Shown in pieces: positions 1 to 8,756 of a stretch of 32,000 bases of DNA. This DNA comes from Acaryochloris marina MBIC11017. Lineage in GTDB: Bacteria; Cyanobacteriota; Cyanobacteriia; Thermosynechococcales; Thermosynechococcaceae. A program made the translations under genes and the position numbers. Location: assembly GCF_000018105.1 (NCBI RefSeq), contig NC_009925.1:5340001-5372000 (forward strand). Direction: 5' to 3'. Within the stretch, counting starts at the first letter, position 1; every line of letters starts with the position of its first letter. The notes under the pieces are model-generated. The model saw nothing but the letters and a program-made list of their open reading frames with translations, was not told where the DNA came from and did not search any database.

Positions 1-121
1 TTGATATGAGCTAAACGGTATCTTTGGTGAAGACTTACTATTCGCCTTCAATCTTGTTCAGATCATCTTGTTAAAGGAAAAGCTGTTGTGATTACCTAAG
101 ATTTATCGCAAAACGTCTCAC

Positions 122-904
122 CTAATCCCACCAGAACCCCACAGCCATATTCCGCTCTAAATAATCAACTAAGTCTTCTATGGTTTGCTCGTCCATTGCT
201 TCTGCATAATCTTCCATAGTGGCCCCTTCCCCTAATGGTGGTCCAACATATCCCTGATCCATCAAGTCAGGACAAAAGTCATAAACGTCCTCTGCAAAGG
301 CTAATCGGTCCTCGGGCAGGGTTTTGAAGGCCAATTCTAGAGTGTCTCCTCCTCCACCCATGATCTCAAAGTCGCAGAGCTTCTCCCAGGCGTGCAGCTT
401 ATTGATAATATCGACGTTACTCAGTTCGTAGTTCCCGGCAGCAGTACCGAAAAATTGGACAATTTGGAAATGGTCGTCTAGTTTAACCACCCCAATCAAG
501 GATCTTTCGGCTGAGTTGCCCAATGCTTCTTCAAAGTCTTCTTTGAGGAGTTCTTCTCGCCGTTGGAAATCTAGCGTGATTGGCATATAGCCTTTGGGAA
601 GCTTGGATCGCAGTCTGAGGATTACTGAAATAGCGTCCGGGGTATCCACTTCAAAGAAAACGCCATCAAGCTGCAATTTGATAAAGCGGCTGCTACCTGT
701 TCCCTCTAGTTCAACATTTCGTTGGATTTGTACGGTAGCGGGAAAGTCTTGCTCCAGTTGAGCTGATTCTTCTTCATACCAATATTGAATTAGCTCCAGC
801 TTTTTCAGAAATGTAGGAGATTCTGAATCAATGGTGGAGAAGATGCCTGATTCAAAATCAACTTGGGTAGCAAGTTCCTGTTTCTGTTCAGGAGATAAAG
901 ACAT
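122..904 (-). CDS. hypothetical acidic protein, C-terminal part resembles DUF4253 (ends AVGFWWD)
   Basis: Uninterrupted 260-aa ORF. The family call is tentative and rests on memory of the WWD-type C-terminus of DUF4253 proteins. Confidence 0.55.
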   Translation of the reverse strand: MSLSPEQKQELATQVDFESGIFSTIDSESPTFLKKLELIQYWYEEESAQLEQDFPATVQIQRNVELEGTGSSRFIKLQLDGVFFEVDTPDAISVILRLRSKLPKGYMPITLDFQRREELLKEDFEEALGNSAERSLIGVVKLDDHFQIVQFFGTAAGNYELSNVDIINKLHAWEKLCDFEIMGGGGDTLELAFKTLPEDRLAFAEDVYDFCPDLMDQGYVGPPLGEGATMEDYAEAMDEQTIEDLVDYLERNMAVGFWWD

Positions 905-1003
905 TGTTTAATTGAGTAATTTAATCACTACATATACACTAGAAGACTAATTTCAGATATTCCTAGTAATATCTGAATCGCCCATCAGATTGAGTCGTTA
1001 TAA

Positions 1004-1312
1004 TTACCCTTTATTTCTGATATACCAATCCTCAATTGGCCCATCAAACGCCATTGTTCCTATCTCAATGATTGCTGCTTTTCTATCAAAATAAAAAACT
1101 CCATATAAATATTTGGCAGGAATAACTAGACAAGGAAGTGTGCCATCAGGAAGTTTAGCTTTGGGTAACACAAATAACATTCCAATATTAGCTTGGGCGT
1201 CTATTCGGAATTCATGTATGGCAATTTTACCTGTCCCGTCAATCGGGAATGTAATCCCATGAGCGATCAACCCGAGTTGAATATCTTTATCAATGTCCGA
1301 CTTCAATTGCAT
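1004..1312 (-). CDS. hypothetical protein (102 aa)
   Basis: ORF only, with no recognisable motif. The left end of IS630 lies 45 bp upstream of its start codon. Confidence 0.4.
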   Translation of the reverse strand: MQLKSDIDKDIQLGLIAHGITFPIDGTGKIAIHEFRIDAQANIGMLFVLPKAKLPDGTLPCLVIPAKYLYGVFYFDRKAAIIEIGTMAFDGPIEDWYIRNKG

Positions 1313-1399
1313 AAAAACATTAGAGACCAGCAGTGATATAGCATCACCTCAAATTACTCCCTTCCCGCTGTAAAATGGGGAAAAGAGCAAATAGTCACA

Positions 1400-1933
1400 T
1401 TGAATCGAACACAAGCCTTTCTGGACAAGCCTTTTGATGCGGATGAGTGGCAGAAATTCTACTACCGCAATCAACAACACTACATTCGACAGCGCTTGAC
1501 CGCGATCAAATTGCTGAATGAAGGACACAGTCGTACCCAAGTGAGCGAACAAGTGGGGTGTAGCTATGATACGTTAACGCGTTGGATGGACAAATATCTC
1601 GATGGTGGACTCCAGGGCTTGGTCCAACCCATTCGACATCAAAAACCTAGTCGGTTGAGCCCAGAGGAACAACAACAACTCAAAGAGATGGTTCTGACGC
1701 AACGTCCGACAGACTATGGTATTGACCGCAATATGTGGACAGGTGCAATTTTAGCCGTTGTGATTGAGCAGCGTTTCGAGGTGCAGCTGAAAGATTCGCG
1801 TATCTACGAATTGCTATCAGAGTTGGGGTTATCTTACCAACGCGCCCATCGTGACTATGCGAATGCTGACCTGAACGCCCAGAAAGAGTGGGTGGCGGCT
1901 GTTAAAAAAACTGCAATCACGACAATCGGATGA
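1400..1933 (+). CDS. IS630-family transposase, N-terminal HTH part (ORF1)
   Basis: 177-aa ORF with a helix-turn-helix-like segment (GHSRTQVSEQVGCSYDTLTRWMDKY). It ends shortly after the A7 run at 1904-1910. Confidence 0.8.
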   Translation: MNRTQAFLDKPFDADEWQKFYYRNQQHYIRQRLTAIKLLNEGHSRTQVSEQVGCSYDTLTRWMDKYLDGGLQGLVQPIRHQKPSRLSPEEQQQLKEMVLTQRPTDYGIDRNMWTGAILAVVIEQRFEVQLKDSRIYELLSELGLSYQRAHRDYANADLNAQKEWVAAVKKTAITTIG

Positions 1934-1940
1934 GCGCATC

Positions 1941-2498
1941 TTGTTCTTTGACGAATTTGCGGTGTCTGAGCGTCCTAGGTTGTTCTATGGCTGGGCAGAA
2001 CGCAACACTCGTCCACAGGTCAAGAGTAATGAGCGGGCTCGCAACAAGCTCAATGGGTTACTGTGCGTCGATGCCCACAGTGGCGAAGAGTATTTCGCTC
2101 TGAGCCCACAGGCTAAAACAGAAGATATCTCTGAGTACTTTGCAGACCTATGTCTGGATAGCGTTGAGCTGGGCTACACTCAACTGTGCCTTATTCTCGA
2201 TAACAATCCGACCCATAAGGGCAAGATGCGCTCCCAACTCGCTATCCATCTAGAGCAGATGGGGCTCACCCAATCGATTCAAGTTGAGTTTTTATATTTG
2301 CCGTCCTACTCTCCCAAGTTGAACTTGGTTGAATATGTGATTCACTTACTACGCTTACGATGTCTGCACCATCTCCCTCTTGGAACGACCCTGACACAGA
2401 TCAAACAACAGCTCCATGAGTTCTTTGCTGCTAACCAGTTTCTATCGGCTGAACAAGTTCAAAACAGCCTGAATTTTATATTTTCACTTGTTCCATAA
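1941..2498 (+). CDS. IS630-family transposase, DDE catalytic part (ORF2, +1 frame)
   Basis: Carries FFDEF, LILDNNPTHK and LNLVEYV motifs (DDE_3-like D, D, E). This frame is already open from about 1911 (KKLQSRQSDERILFFDE). Confidence 0.8.
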   Translation: MFFDEFAVSERPRLFYGWAERNTRPQVKSNERARNKLNGLLCVDAHSGEEYFALSPQAKTEDISEYFADLCLDSVELGYTQLCLILDNNPTHKGKMRSQLAIHLEQMGLTQSIQVEFLYLPSYSPKLNLVEYVIHLLRLRCLHHLPLGTTLTQIKQQLHEFFAANQFLSAEQVQNSLNFIFSLVP

Positions 2499-2708
2499 TC
2501 TTATGGCGGGAAGGGAGTAAGTCAGCAACTATCCAGTAATCGAAATTACGTTGCGAGTAATATTCGAAACTTCAGTTCTCTACCTCGCATCATAGCTTGC
2601 ACTCAATGCTAGAAAGTGGCTACAATCAGCCGTCTGAACCAATCAACCCAACTGAATTCGCTGCAGGACACCTGATAGCAGCCGGGTATCCTAAGTAAAA
2701 AAGCATTT

Positions 2709-3671
2709 ATGACAGTGTCGTCCTTGCCGATGTCCGGGGTTTCCGGCCAAGAGATCTATCGCCGCTTAGCCAAAAATATCCAAACCGTAGTCAAAGGACA
2801 GAAACCTGCCATCCGCAAATTATTGGCAGCCTTTTTTAGTGGCGGCCATGTGTTGCTAGAGGACTATCCTGGTACAGGTAAAACCACCCTCGCTAAAGCC
2901 CTCGCCCTATCCGTAGATATTGAATTTAAGCGCATTCAATTTACTCCAGATCTACTGCCTTCAGATATTTTAGGCGTATCGATTCTCAATCCCAAAGACC
3001 AAACCTTTGAATTCCATCAAGGTCCGATTTTTGCCAATCTGATTCTGGCCGATGAGATTAATCGGGCTTCTCCTCGCACCCAGTCGGCACTGCTAGAAGC
3101 CATGGCCGAGTCCCAGGTCAGCATTGATGGTCAGCAGATGAAACTGCACGATCCCTTCTTTGTGATTGCCACCCAAAACCCCATTGACTCCCAAGGTACC
3201 TACCCCTTACCCGAAGCCCAGATGGATCGGTTCTCCATCCAATTTGGGTTAGGGTATATCTCCGCCGAAGAAGAAGTGGAAATTCTTTCCAATCAAATGC
3301 AGGCTCACCCGATTGACCAGTTGCAGCCCTGCCTGTCTCTCGAAGATGTGTTTACCCTCAAGCAAGCGGTTAAGCGGATTACCGTTAGTGAAGATCTCAA
3401 GCAATACGTGGTTAATATCGTCAATGCCACCCGGCAAGCAGAGGAAGTCCAGTTGGGGGCCAGTCCCCGTGGATCGATTGCCTTAATGAAGATTGGCCAA
3501 GCCTTGGCCCTATTTGATGGTACCCCAGTCCTTCGCCCCAAGCATATTCAAGAGGCAGCTGTTTCCGTCTTGGCCCACCGTCTAGTGATGGATCCGCAAG
3601 CGAAATTTGCGGGTAAAACGGCAAAACAGGTGGTGATGGAGATCATGAGGCGGCTTCCCGTTCCGGCTTAA
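2709..3671 (+). CDS. MoxR-family AAA+ ATPase (paralog 1)
   Basis: Walker A is GTGKTT in EDYPGTGKTTLAK and Walker B is LILADEINRA. The segments SALLEAMAE and VIATQNP are typical of the MoxR/AAA_3 family. Confidence 0.95.
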   Translation: MTVSSLPMSGVSGQEIYRRLAKNIQTVVKGQKPAIRKLLAAFFSGGHVLLEDYPGTGKTTLAKALALSVDIEFKRIQFTPDLLPSDILGVSILNPKDQTFEFHQGPIFANLILADEINRASPRTQSALLEAMAESQVSIDGQQMKLHDPFFVIATQNPIDSQGTYPLPEAQMDRFSIQFGLGYISAEEEVEILSNQMQAHPIDQLQPCLSLEDVFTLKQAVKRITVSEDLKQYVVNIVNATRQAEEVQLGASPRGSIALMKIGQALALFDGTPVLRPKHIQEAAVSVLAHRLVMDPQAKFAGKTAKQVVMEIMRRLPVPA

Positions 3672-3674
3672 CTC

Positions 3675-4637
3675 ATGGTGGTATTAGATACTCAAACCGA
3701 TTGCTCTGAAGGGCAAACCATTTATCGTCACTTAGCAGATAATATCCAGCAGGTGATTAAGGGGCAAGATGCGGCCATTCGCAAATTACTGGCGGCCTTT
3801 TTTAGTGGTGGTCATGTATTGCTGGAAGACTATCCGGGCACGGGTAAAACCACCCTTGCTAAGACTCTAGCCTATTCCGTTGATATTGCTTTTAAACGGA
3901 TTCAGTTTACCCCTGACTTATTGCCTTCAGATATTTTGGGGGTTTCCATTCTCAACCCTCAAGATCAGACCTTCCAATTTCACGAAGGCCCCATTTTTGC
4001 CAATCTGATTCTGGCGGATGAAATTAACCGGGCCTCTCCCCGCACCCAATCGGCCCTTCTAGAAGCGATGGCTGAGTCACAAGTTACCACTGATGGTCAC
4101 CAGCGCAAGCTGCGCGATCCTTTTTTTGTGATTGCCACCCAAAATCCGGTGGACTTCCAGGGCACCTACCCTCTTCCAGAAGCCCAAATGGATCGGTTTG
4201 CCTTGCAGTTCAGCTTAGGGTTTGTGTCTCCGGCTGATGAAATTAAAATCCTCACCCAGCAACTGGAAGAACATCCTATCCAGCGGGTGCAACCCTGCAT
4301 TTCCCTAGAAGAGATTTTTACCCTGAAGCAAGCAGTAAAGCAGGTGCGGGTGAGTCGAGAACTCAAGCGCTATATCGTCGATATCGTCGCCGCCACTCGA
4401 CAGTTGCCAGAGGTCCAACTGGGGGCCAGCCCTCGCGGATCCCTCACCTTAATGAAAGTGGCCCAAGCTTTAGCCCTATTCGATGGATATGAGTATGTCA
4501 ACCCAGATCATATTCAAGAAATCGCCGGGGATGTCTTGGCCCATCGACTCGTGATGTCCCCTCAAGCCTGCTTTGCTGAGCAAACGGCGCAGGACTGTAT
4601 TGACCGTATTCTGACCAGTATTCCGGTGCCTGCCTAA
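3675..4637 (+). CDS. MoxR-family AAA+ ATPase (paralog 2)
   Basis: Same length (320 aa) and same motifs as the upstream gene. By eye it is roughly three quarters identical. It starts 3 nt after the stop of paralog 1. Confidence 0.95.
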   Translation: MVVLDTQTDCSEGQTIYRHLADNIQQVIKGQDAAIRKLLAAFFSGGHVLLEDYPGTGKTTLAKTLAYSVDIAFKRIQFTPDLLPSDILGVSILNPQDQTFQFHEGPIFANLILADEINRASPRTQSALLEAMAESQVTTDGHQRKLRDPFFVIATQNPVDFQGTYPLPEAQMDRFALQFSLGFVSPADEIKILTQQLEEHPIQRVQPCISLEEIFTLKQAVKQVRVSRELKRYIVDIVAATRQLPEVQLGASPRGSLTLMKVAQALALFDGYEYVNPDHIQEIAGDVLAHRLVMSPQACFAEQTAQDCIDRILTSIPVPA

Positions 4638-4640
4638 GTT

Positions 4641-5972
4641 ATGGATCGCTTTACTTATCGCTGTCTCCGATTGATTTATGTCACCCGCAAATGGCTGGTG
4701 CAGCAGTTTACCCCTGCGGGTTTAGGGGTACTAGTGGGCGGTATTGGCAGTGCACTTGTCAGTCTCGGATCTACCCGCAGCATGTGCCATGTTCTGTTCT
4801 TCTTTGCCTTGGCTTTGCTAATTTTGGCGACCATTGGCAGTCGGTTGATTCAGTTTCGGTTTAAGGCCTCCCGCCTGCTGCCCCGATTTGGCACCGTTGG
4901 CGAACCGCTGCCCTACCAGGTGGTAATTCAGAATCTCTCTCCCCAGCCTCAGAAAGGATTAAAGCTGGTCGAAACCTTTGCCACCCCCTTCCCCAGCTTC
5001 CGGGAGTTTATTCAGATTAAGCGTCGCTATCCCGTTGGCAACCAGTGGCGACCCCATTGGCGACGCTATCTAGCCGATCAGCAGTGGGCCACAGCCCACC
5101 TCCAGGATCTACCCACCCTCTCCACCAAAGGAAAAACCAAAGCCACAGTAGAGATCCTCCCCTTACGGCGGGGTAGCTTGCATCTCCAAACCATCACCCT
5201 CGCTTGTCCCGACCCCCTGGGCTTAATTTATAAACGCCATACTTACGATGTCGGCCAATCGATTTGTATTTTGCCTCAGCGCTATCAGCTCTCGCCCCTC
5301 AACCTCTGCCAAGCCAGTCGCTACCAGGCCAGTGAAACCTTACGTACTACTACTGCTGGAGAAGCCCTAGAATTTCGCTCCCTACGGGACTATCGAGCTG
5401 GAGACCCAACCAACAAGATTCACTGGAAAAGCTGGGCCAAAGTTGGCCGCCCCATCGTCAAAGAGCAGCAGGACGAGACTGCCATCCACCATGCCCTGAT
5501 TCTGGATACCTTTCAGATTGAACCTCACAGCACCACCTTTGAAGAAGCCATTGCGGTTGCCGTTTCTTTTTTGATGCAAGAACAGCCTGAAGCGTCTTTA
5601 CTAGACGTGATCTATGCTGGACCAGATCCTCGATTGGTTACGGTGGGCAAGGGGCTGCGCCAACGGGCCCAAATCATTGAAACGGTTGCCACCCTTAATC
5701 CCAACTCCCACCGGGAACTGGATTGTCTCAATCCGATGATTCAATCTCGCTTATCTCGATTGAGCGGCTGCTTTTGCATACTGCTGGGCTTTGATGACAC
5801 TCGCTATGCCTTTCTGAAAATGCTCAGTCAGTTTGGTATTCCAATCAAAGCCCTTTGCCTATCTGACCTCAGTTTGCAGATGGACCCCCAGTTTCAGGAA
5901 TATTTTGGCCCCCAGTGTCAGCTACACTCCGGGGCAATTTCCAATCTGCAACAGGAGTTATTGGCCCTATGA
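4641..5972 (+). CDS. DUF58 domain protein (vWA-like partner of MoxR), two N-terminal TM helices
   Basis: Carries the DUF58 hallmark FRSLRDYRAGDPTNKIHWKSWAKVGRPIVKEQQDE. It starts 3 nt after the stop of MoxR2. Confidence 0.9.
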   Translation: MDRFTYRCLRLIYVTRKWLVQQFTPAGLGVLVGGIGSALVSLGSTRSMCHVLFFFALALLILATIGSRLIQFRFKASRLLPRFGTVGEPLPYQVVIQNLSPQPQKGLKLVETFATPFPSFREFIQIKRRYPVGNQWRPHWRRYLADQQWATAHLQDLPTLSTKGKTKATVEILPLRRGSLHLQTITLACPDPLGLIYKRHTYDVGQSICILPQRYQLSPLNLCQASRYQASETLRTTTAGEALEFRSLRDYRAGDPTNKIHWKSWAKVGRPIVKEQQDETAIHHALILDTFQIEPHSTTFEEAIAVAVSFLMQEQPEASLLDVIYAGPDPRLVTVGKGLRQRAQIIETVATLNPNSHRELDCLNPMIQSRLSRLSGCFCILLGFDDTRYAFLKMLSQFGIPIKALCLSDLSLQMDPQFQEYFGPQCQLHSGAISNLQQELLAL

Positions 5973-8734
5973 AGCAATCCACTCCTACCCTCTGCAGCCT
6001 ATCCCTCTGCTTTTGGGGCTATCAAACCGGGGCATGGATAATCGCGATTCCCCTGGCCCTTGCCCTGGAAGCGAGGGAAATGATCAAACAGCGATGGTCT
6101 CTCTCCCTGGAGCAACTGAAGCAACTTCATATTGCTGCCCTTTTCGTATGGCTGTTGGCGGTCTTCTTTCTACCCCCTGTATCTCCCGAGGTCATCCCCT
6201 ACGCGGCCCGATATCATCTGATCAAATGTTTGCCCGTTGGCTTATTCCCTTTTGTCCTAGCCCAGACTTATTGTCGAAATTTCGTCTCGGTCTATCGCCA
6301 GTATCTAGGAGATTTAGCCCGGTCTTGGAAAACCGTTAATTGGTATTACCCCTACTTTGGCATTTGTCTCCTCGCCGCTAGCGCCACCGGGGGGAACCTG
6401 TTCGTCTTTCTGGCTATCAGCGCCCTACTGATTGCCCTTTTCTTGGGCACAGTCCGTTGGCCCGTTAACCGCAAACTGGCTCTGCGTTTTTCTCAGTCTA
6501 CTTTATACGGCCTGATTGTCTTAGCACTGGTCCTGAGCCTGGTTGGTACTCATCAGTTCTATTGGCTACAGGCAAATGTTCGGCTCCCCGGCCCCGCCGT
6601 TTTTGGTGAGTTTTTCCAGAAAATGGCTCGAATCTGGCCCGATGATCCAGGGCGGGGCTACCCGGAAGATCTGGAACGGTTACTGGAGGATATGGAGCTA
6701 GAGGCCAACACGGACACCGTGGTTAGCTCTAGAACGCCAAACGGCAATCAAAATTCCAATACGCCTGGCTCATCCAGCACGTCCAACGGAAACTTGTCTG
6801 CCACAACCTCAGGAACGCCCAGCAACTCCGGTAACGATAGTCGCAACCCATCAACCTCAGATGGTGCAACTGAGGAAAATACTGGAGAAGCGAATGAAGA
6901 TTCGTCCTCCACGTCTGAACAAGAGCCTGATTCAGATGTCAGTCAGTCCAACGAAGACACTAGTCCCTCCGACAGCTCCGATTCCAGTCCTGAACAAAAC
7001 ACTGGACCGTCTCTACCTTCAACTATTCCAACGCCCCCTTCAAATCGTGGACAAGGTAACAGAACTCCAGGACGGACTCAGGCTTCTCAGCCCGGCCGGG
7101 ATGGCGGACAATCTCTCCCCAGTTTGGTGCAGCGATCGGGTGGTATTGTTGATCCAGAAAAGGCCCAGACTCAAATTGGTAATATTGGCTCTTTGCAACG
7201 TTCCAATGCCATTCTGTTTCGGGTTGCGCCAAATGCCAATCGTCCCAAACCTCAATTCCCGCTTTATATACGAGAAGCCACCTATAACCAATACCAATCA
7301 GGCTCCTGGAATGCTGTTAACTCTAAATTTTCGGTTAGACGCCCACAGTCCCGACAGAGCTGGCGATTGGGAGAGAAAACGGAACAAACAACCTCAGTCC
7401 GTATTTCATCAGACTTACCGCGAAAAGACGGAATCCTCAAACTGCCCCTAGGAAGTTCTGAAGTTAACCAGCTTCAGGTTAGAACCCTAGAAGAAAACCA
7501 GTACGGCACGGTTGCCATCCAGGGAAAACCAGGCCCCCTTACCTATACGGTGCAGTATGACCCTAAACAATCTGCAGACAGTCCACCCACCGCCTTTGAT
7601 AAAGCCGTTCCGGCGACTGAAAAACGGATGCTCAAAAAGATTACCAATTCCTTGGATCTAAACGGTAAATCTGATGCAGAAAAGGTTGAAGCTATTTCCA
7701 CCTTCTTTAAGAAGCAGGGATTTAAATATTCCCTCGATTTGCCAACCCCCAAGAAAAACAAAACGCCGATCGCGGCTTTCTTGTTAGACCATCGGACCGG
7801 CCACTGTGAATACTATGCATCGGCTACCTCGCTTTTACTGAGGGCGGCAGGTGTCCCCACCCGTTATGCGGTGGGCTATACCGCCCATGAATACAGCCCC
7901 ACAGAACAACAGTATATTGTCCGATTAAAAGATGCCCATGCCTGGGTCTTAGCCTATGTAGACAACACTTGGGTCAAAGTCGAAACCACGCCAGGCGGCG
8001 GGATGACCGCTGAAGGCAACACCTCGACGGCTCAGAGTGAAAATGCCCAAGGGGATAACACCCAAACCCAAGACGGATCTTCACAGCAAGATGGCGTTCC
8101 AACGCAAGATGGTTCTCGGGATGGCAATTCTGGCACCTTCTCCGAAGATGGCAACGCAAACCAGGATGGCATCTCATCTGAAGACGGCTCATTCACTGGG
8201 GAGAAAAACCAGCCACCCTCGAAGTCGTTTTTCGAAAAATTATCCGAAGCCTGGTCTGAGTTGATGACCCTGCTCTCTGAAAATTCGGAGACTTTGGCTT
8301 GGGCCAGTTCCATGATTATTTTGGGATTGGTGATCGTCTTCGGATCAATTTATTTAATCTGGCGGATGATCCGCAAAAAGCTGTCTAAACGGTCCCAGAG
8401 ACGGAGACGACCGAGTTCAGAACGCATCAGTAAACCAACTTCGGATGGCCTGGATTCTGAGTTTTACCAAATTGAGAAACGCTTAAGCGATTGGGGTCTT
8501 GCACGCCTTCCATCGGAAACCGTTCGCAAATGGTTGGGACGATTGGAGCAGGAACTGCCTGACGCCTATATGAGTGAGTTACATCAAATCATTGATTTGC
8601 ACTATCGCTACCGTTTTGACCCCCAAGGTCTGACTGAGGAAGAAAGAGAAAAGTTAAAATTAATGATTCAATCCTGGCTCAGTGAATTTAAACAACTGAC
8701 GGTACAAGGATCTCACTCAGCCATAAAGCAATGA
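5969..8734 (+). CDS. membrane transglutaminase-like protein (TgpA-type: polytopic N-terminus, TGase core, TM, DUF4129-like tail)
   Basis: ATGA start/stop overlap with the DUF58 gene at 5969-5972. TGase core is HRTGHCEYYASATSLLLRAAGVPTRYAVGY ... DAHAWVLAY. Multiple N-terminal hydrophobic helices are present. The C-terminus has a TM helix followed by an Arg-rich, helical tail. Confidence 0.9.
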   Translation: MKQSTPTLCSLSLCFWGYQTGAWIIAIPLALALEAREMIKQRWSLSLEQLKQLHIAALFVWLLAVFFLPPVSPEVIPYAARYHLIKCLPVGLFPFVLAQTYCRNFVSVYRQYLGDLARSWKTVNWYYPYFGICLLAASATGGNLFVFLAISALLIALFLGTVRWPVNRKLALRFSQSTLYGLIVLALVLSLVGTHQFYWLQANVRLPGPAVFGEFFQKMARIWPDDPGRGYPEDLERLLEDMELEANTDTVVSSRTPNGNQNSNTPGSSSTSNGNLSATTSGTPSNSGNDSRNPSTSDGATEENTGEANEDSSSTSEQEPDSDVSQSNEDTSPSDSSDSSPEQNTGPSLPSTIPTPPSNRGQGNRTPGRTQASQPGRDGGQSLPSLVQRSGGIVDPEKAQTQIGNIGSLQRSNAILFRVAPNANRPKPQFPLYIREATYNQYQSGSWNAVNSKFSVRRPQSRQSWRLGEKTEQTTSVRISSDLPRKDGILKLPLGSSEVNQLQVRTLEENQYGTVAIQGKPGPLTYTVQYDPKQSADSPPTAFDKAVPATEKRMLKKITNSLDLNGKSDAEKVEAISTFFKKQGFKYSLDLPTPKKNKTPIAAFLLDHRTGHCEYYASATSLLLRAAGVPTRYAVGYTAHEYSPTEQQYIVRLKDAHAWVLAYVDNTWVKVETTPGGGMTAEGNTSTAQSENAQGDNTQTQDGSSQQDGVPTQDGSRDGNSGTFSEDGNANQDGISSEDGSFTGEKNQPPSKSFFEKLSEAWSELMTLLSENSETLAWASSMIILGLVIVFGSIYLIWRMIRKKLSKRSQRRRRPSSERISKPTSDGLDSEFYQIEKRLSDWGLARLPSETVRKWLGRLEQELPDAYMSELHQIIDLHYRYRFDPQGLTEEEREKLKLMIQSWLSEFKQLTVQGSHSAIKQ

Positions 8735-8756
8735 GGTATTGACTATCCCTTGGAAT

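Larger units (their letters stand above)
1357..2517 (+). mobile_element. IS630-family insertion sequence (copy 1)
   Basis: A perfect 15-bp inverted match TTACTCCCTTCCCGC lies at 1354-1368 and 2506-2520. The outer TA on each side (1355-1356 and 2518-2519) fits the TA target duplication typical of IS630/Tc1. The element encloses a two-ORF transposase. Confidence 0.8.

Noticed and set aside
2530-2580. Short repeats (AGTAATCGAAA and AGTAATATTCGAAA) and the palindrome GTAATCGAAATTAC upstream of the MoxR operon.
   Set aside because: They are short and imperfect and lie right next to the IS630 end. They are not distinguishable from chance, and I could not assign a promoter.
3249-4366. Antisense ORFs of 62-78 aa inside the two MoxR genes (3249-3437, 3305-3541, 3421-3624, 4166-4366).
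   Set aside because: They lie entirely within strongly supported, motif-rich plus-strand genes, have no start context and are compositionally odd. They are shadow ORFs.
5833-7451. Alternative-frame ORFs 5833-6339 and 6861-7451, plus several minus-strand ORFs within the transglutaminase gene.
   Set aside because: They overlap a gene with clear catalytic motifs. Their Pro/Ser/Arg-rich translations are typical of off-frame reading through low-complexity DNA.
8040-8200. Reiterated CAAGATGG/GAAGATGG units that might be a DNA tandem repeat or array.
   Set aside because: The units are imperfect and irregularly spaced, and they lie in frame within the coding sequence. They reflect a (Q/E)DG low-complexity protein segment, not a CRISPR or satellite repeat.
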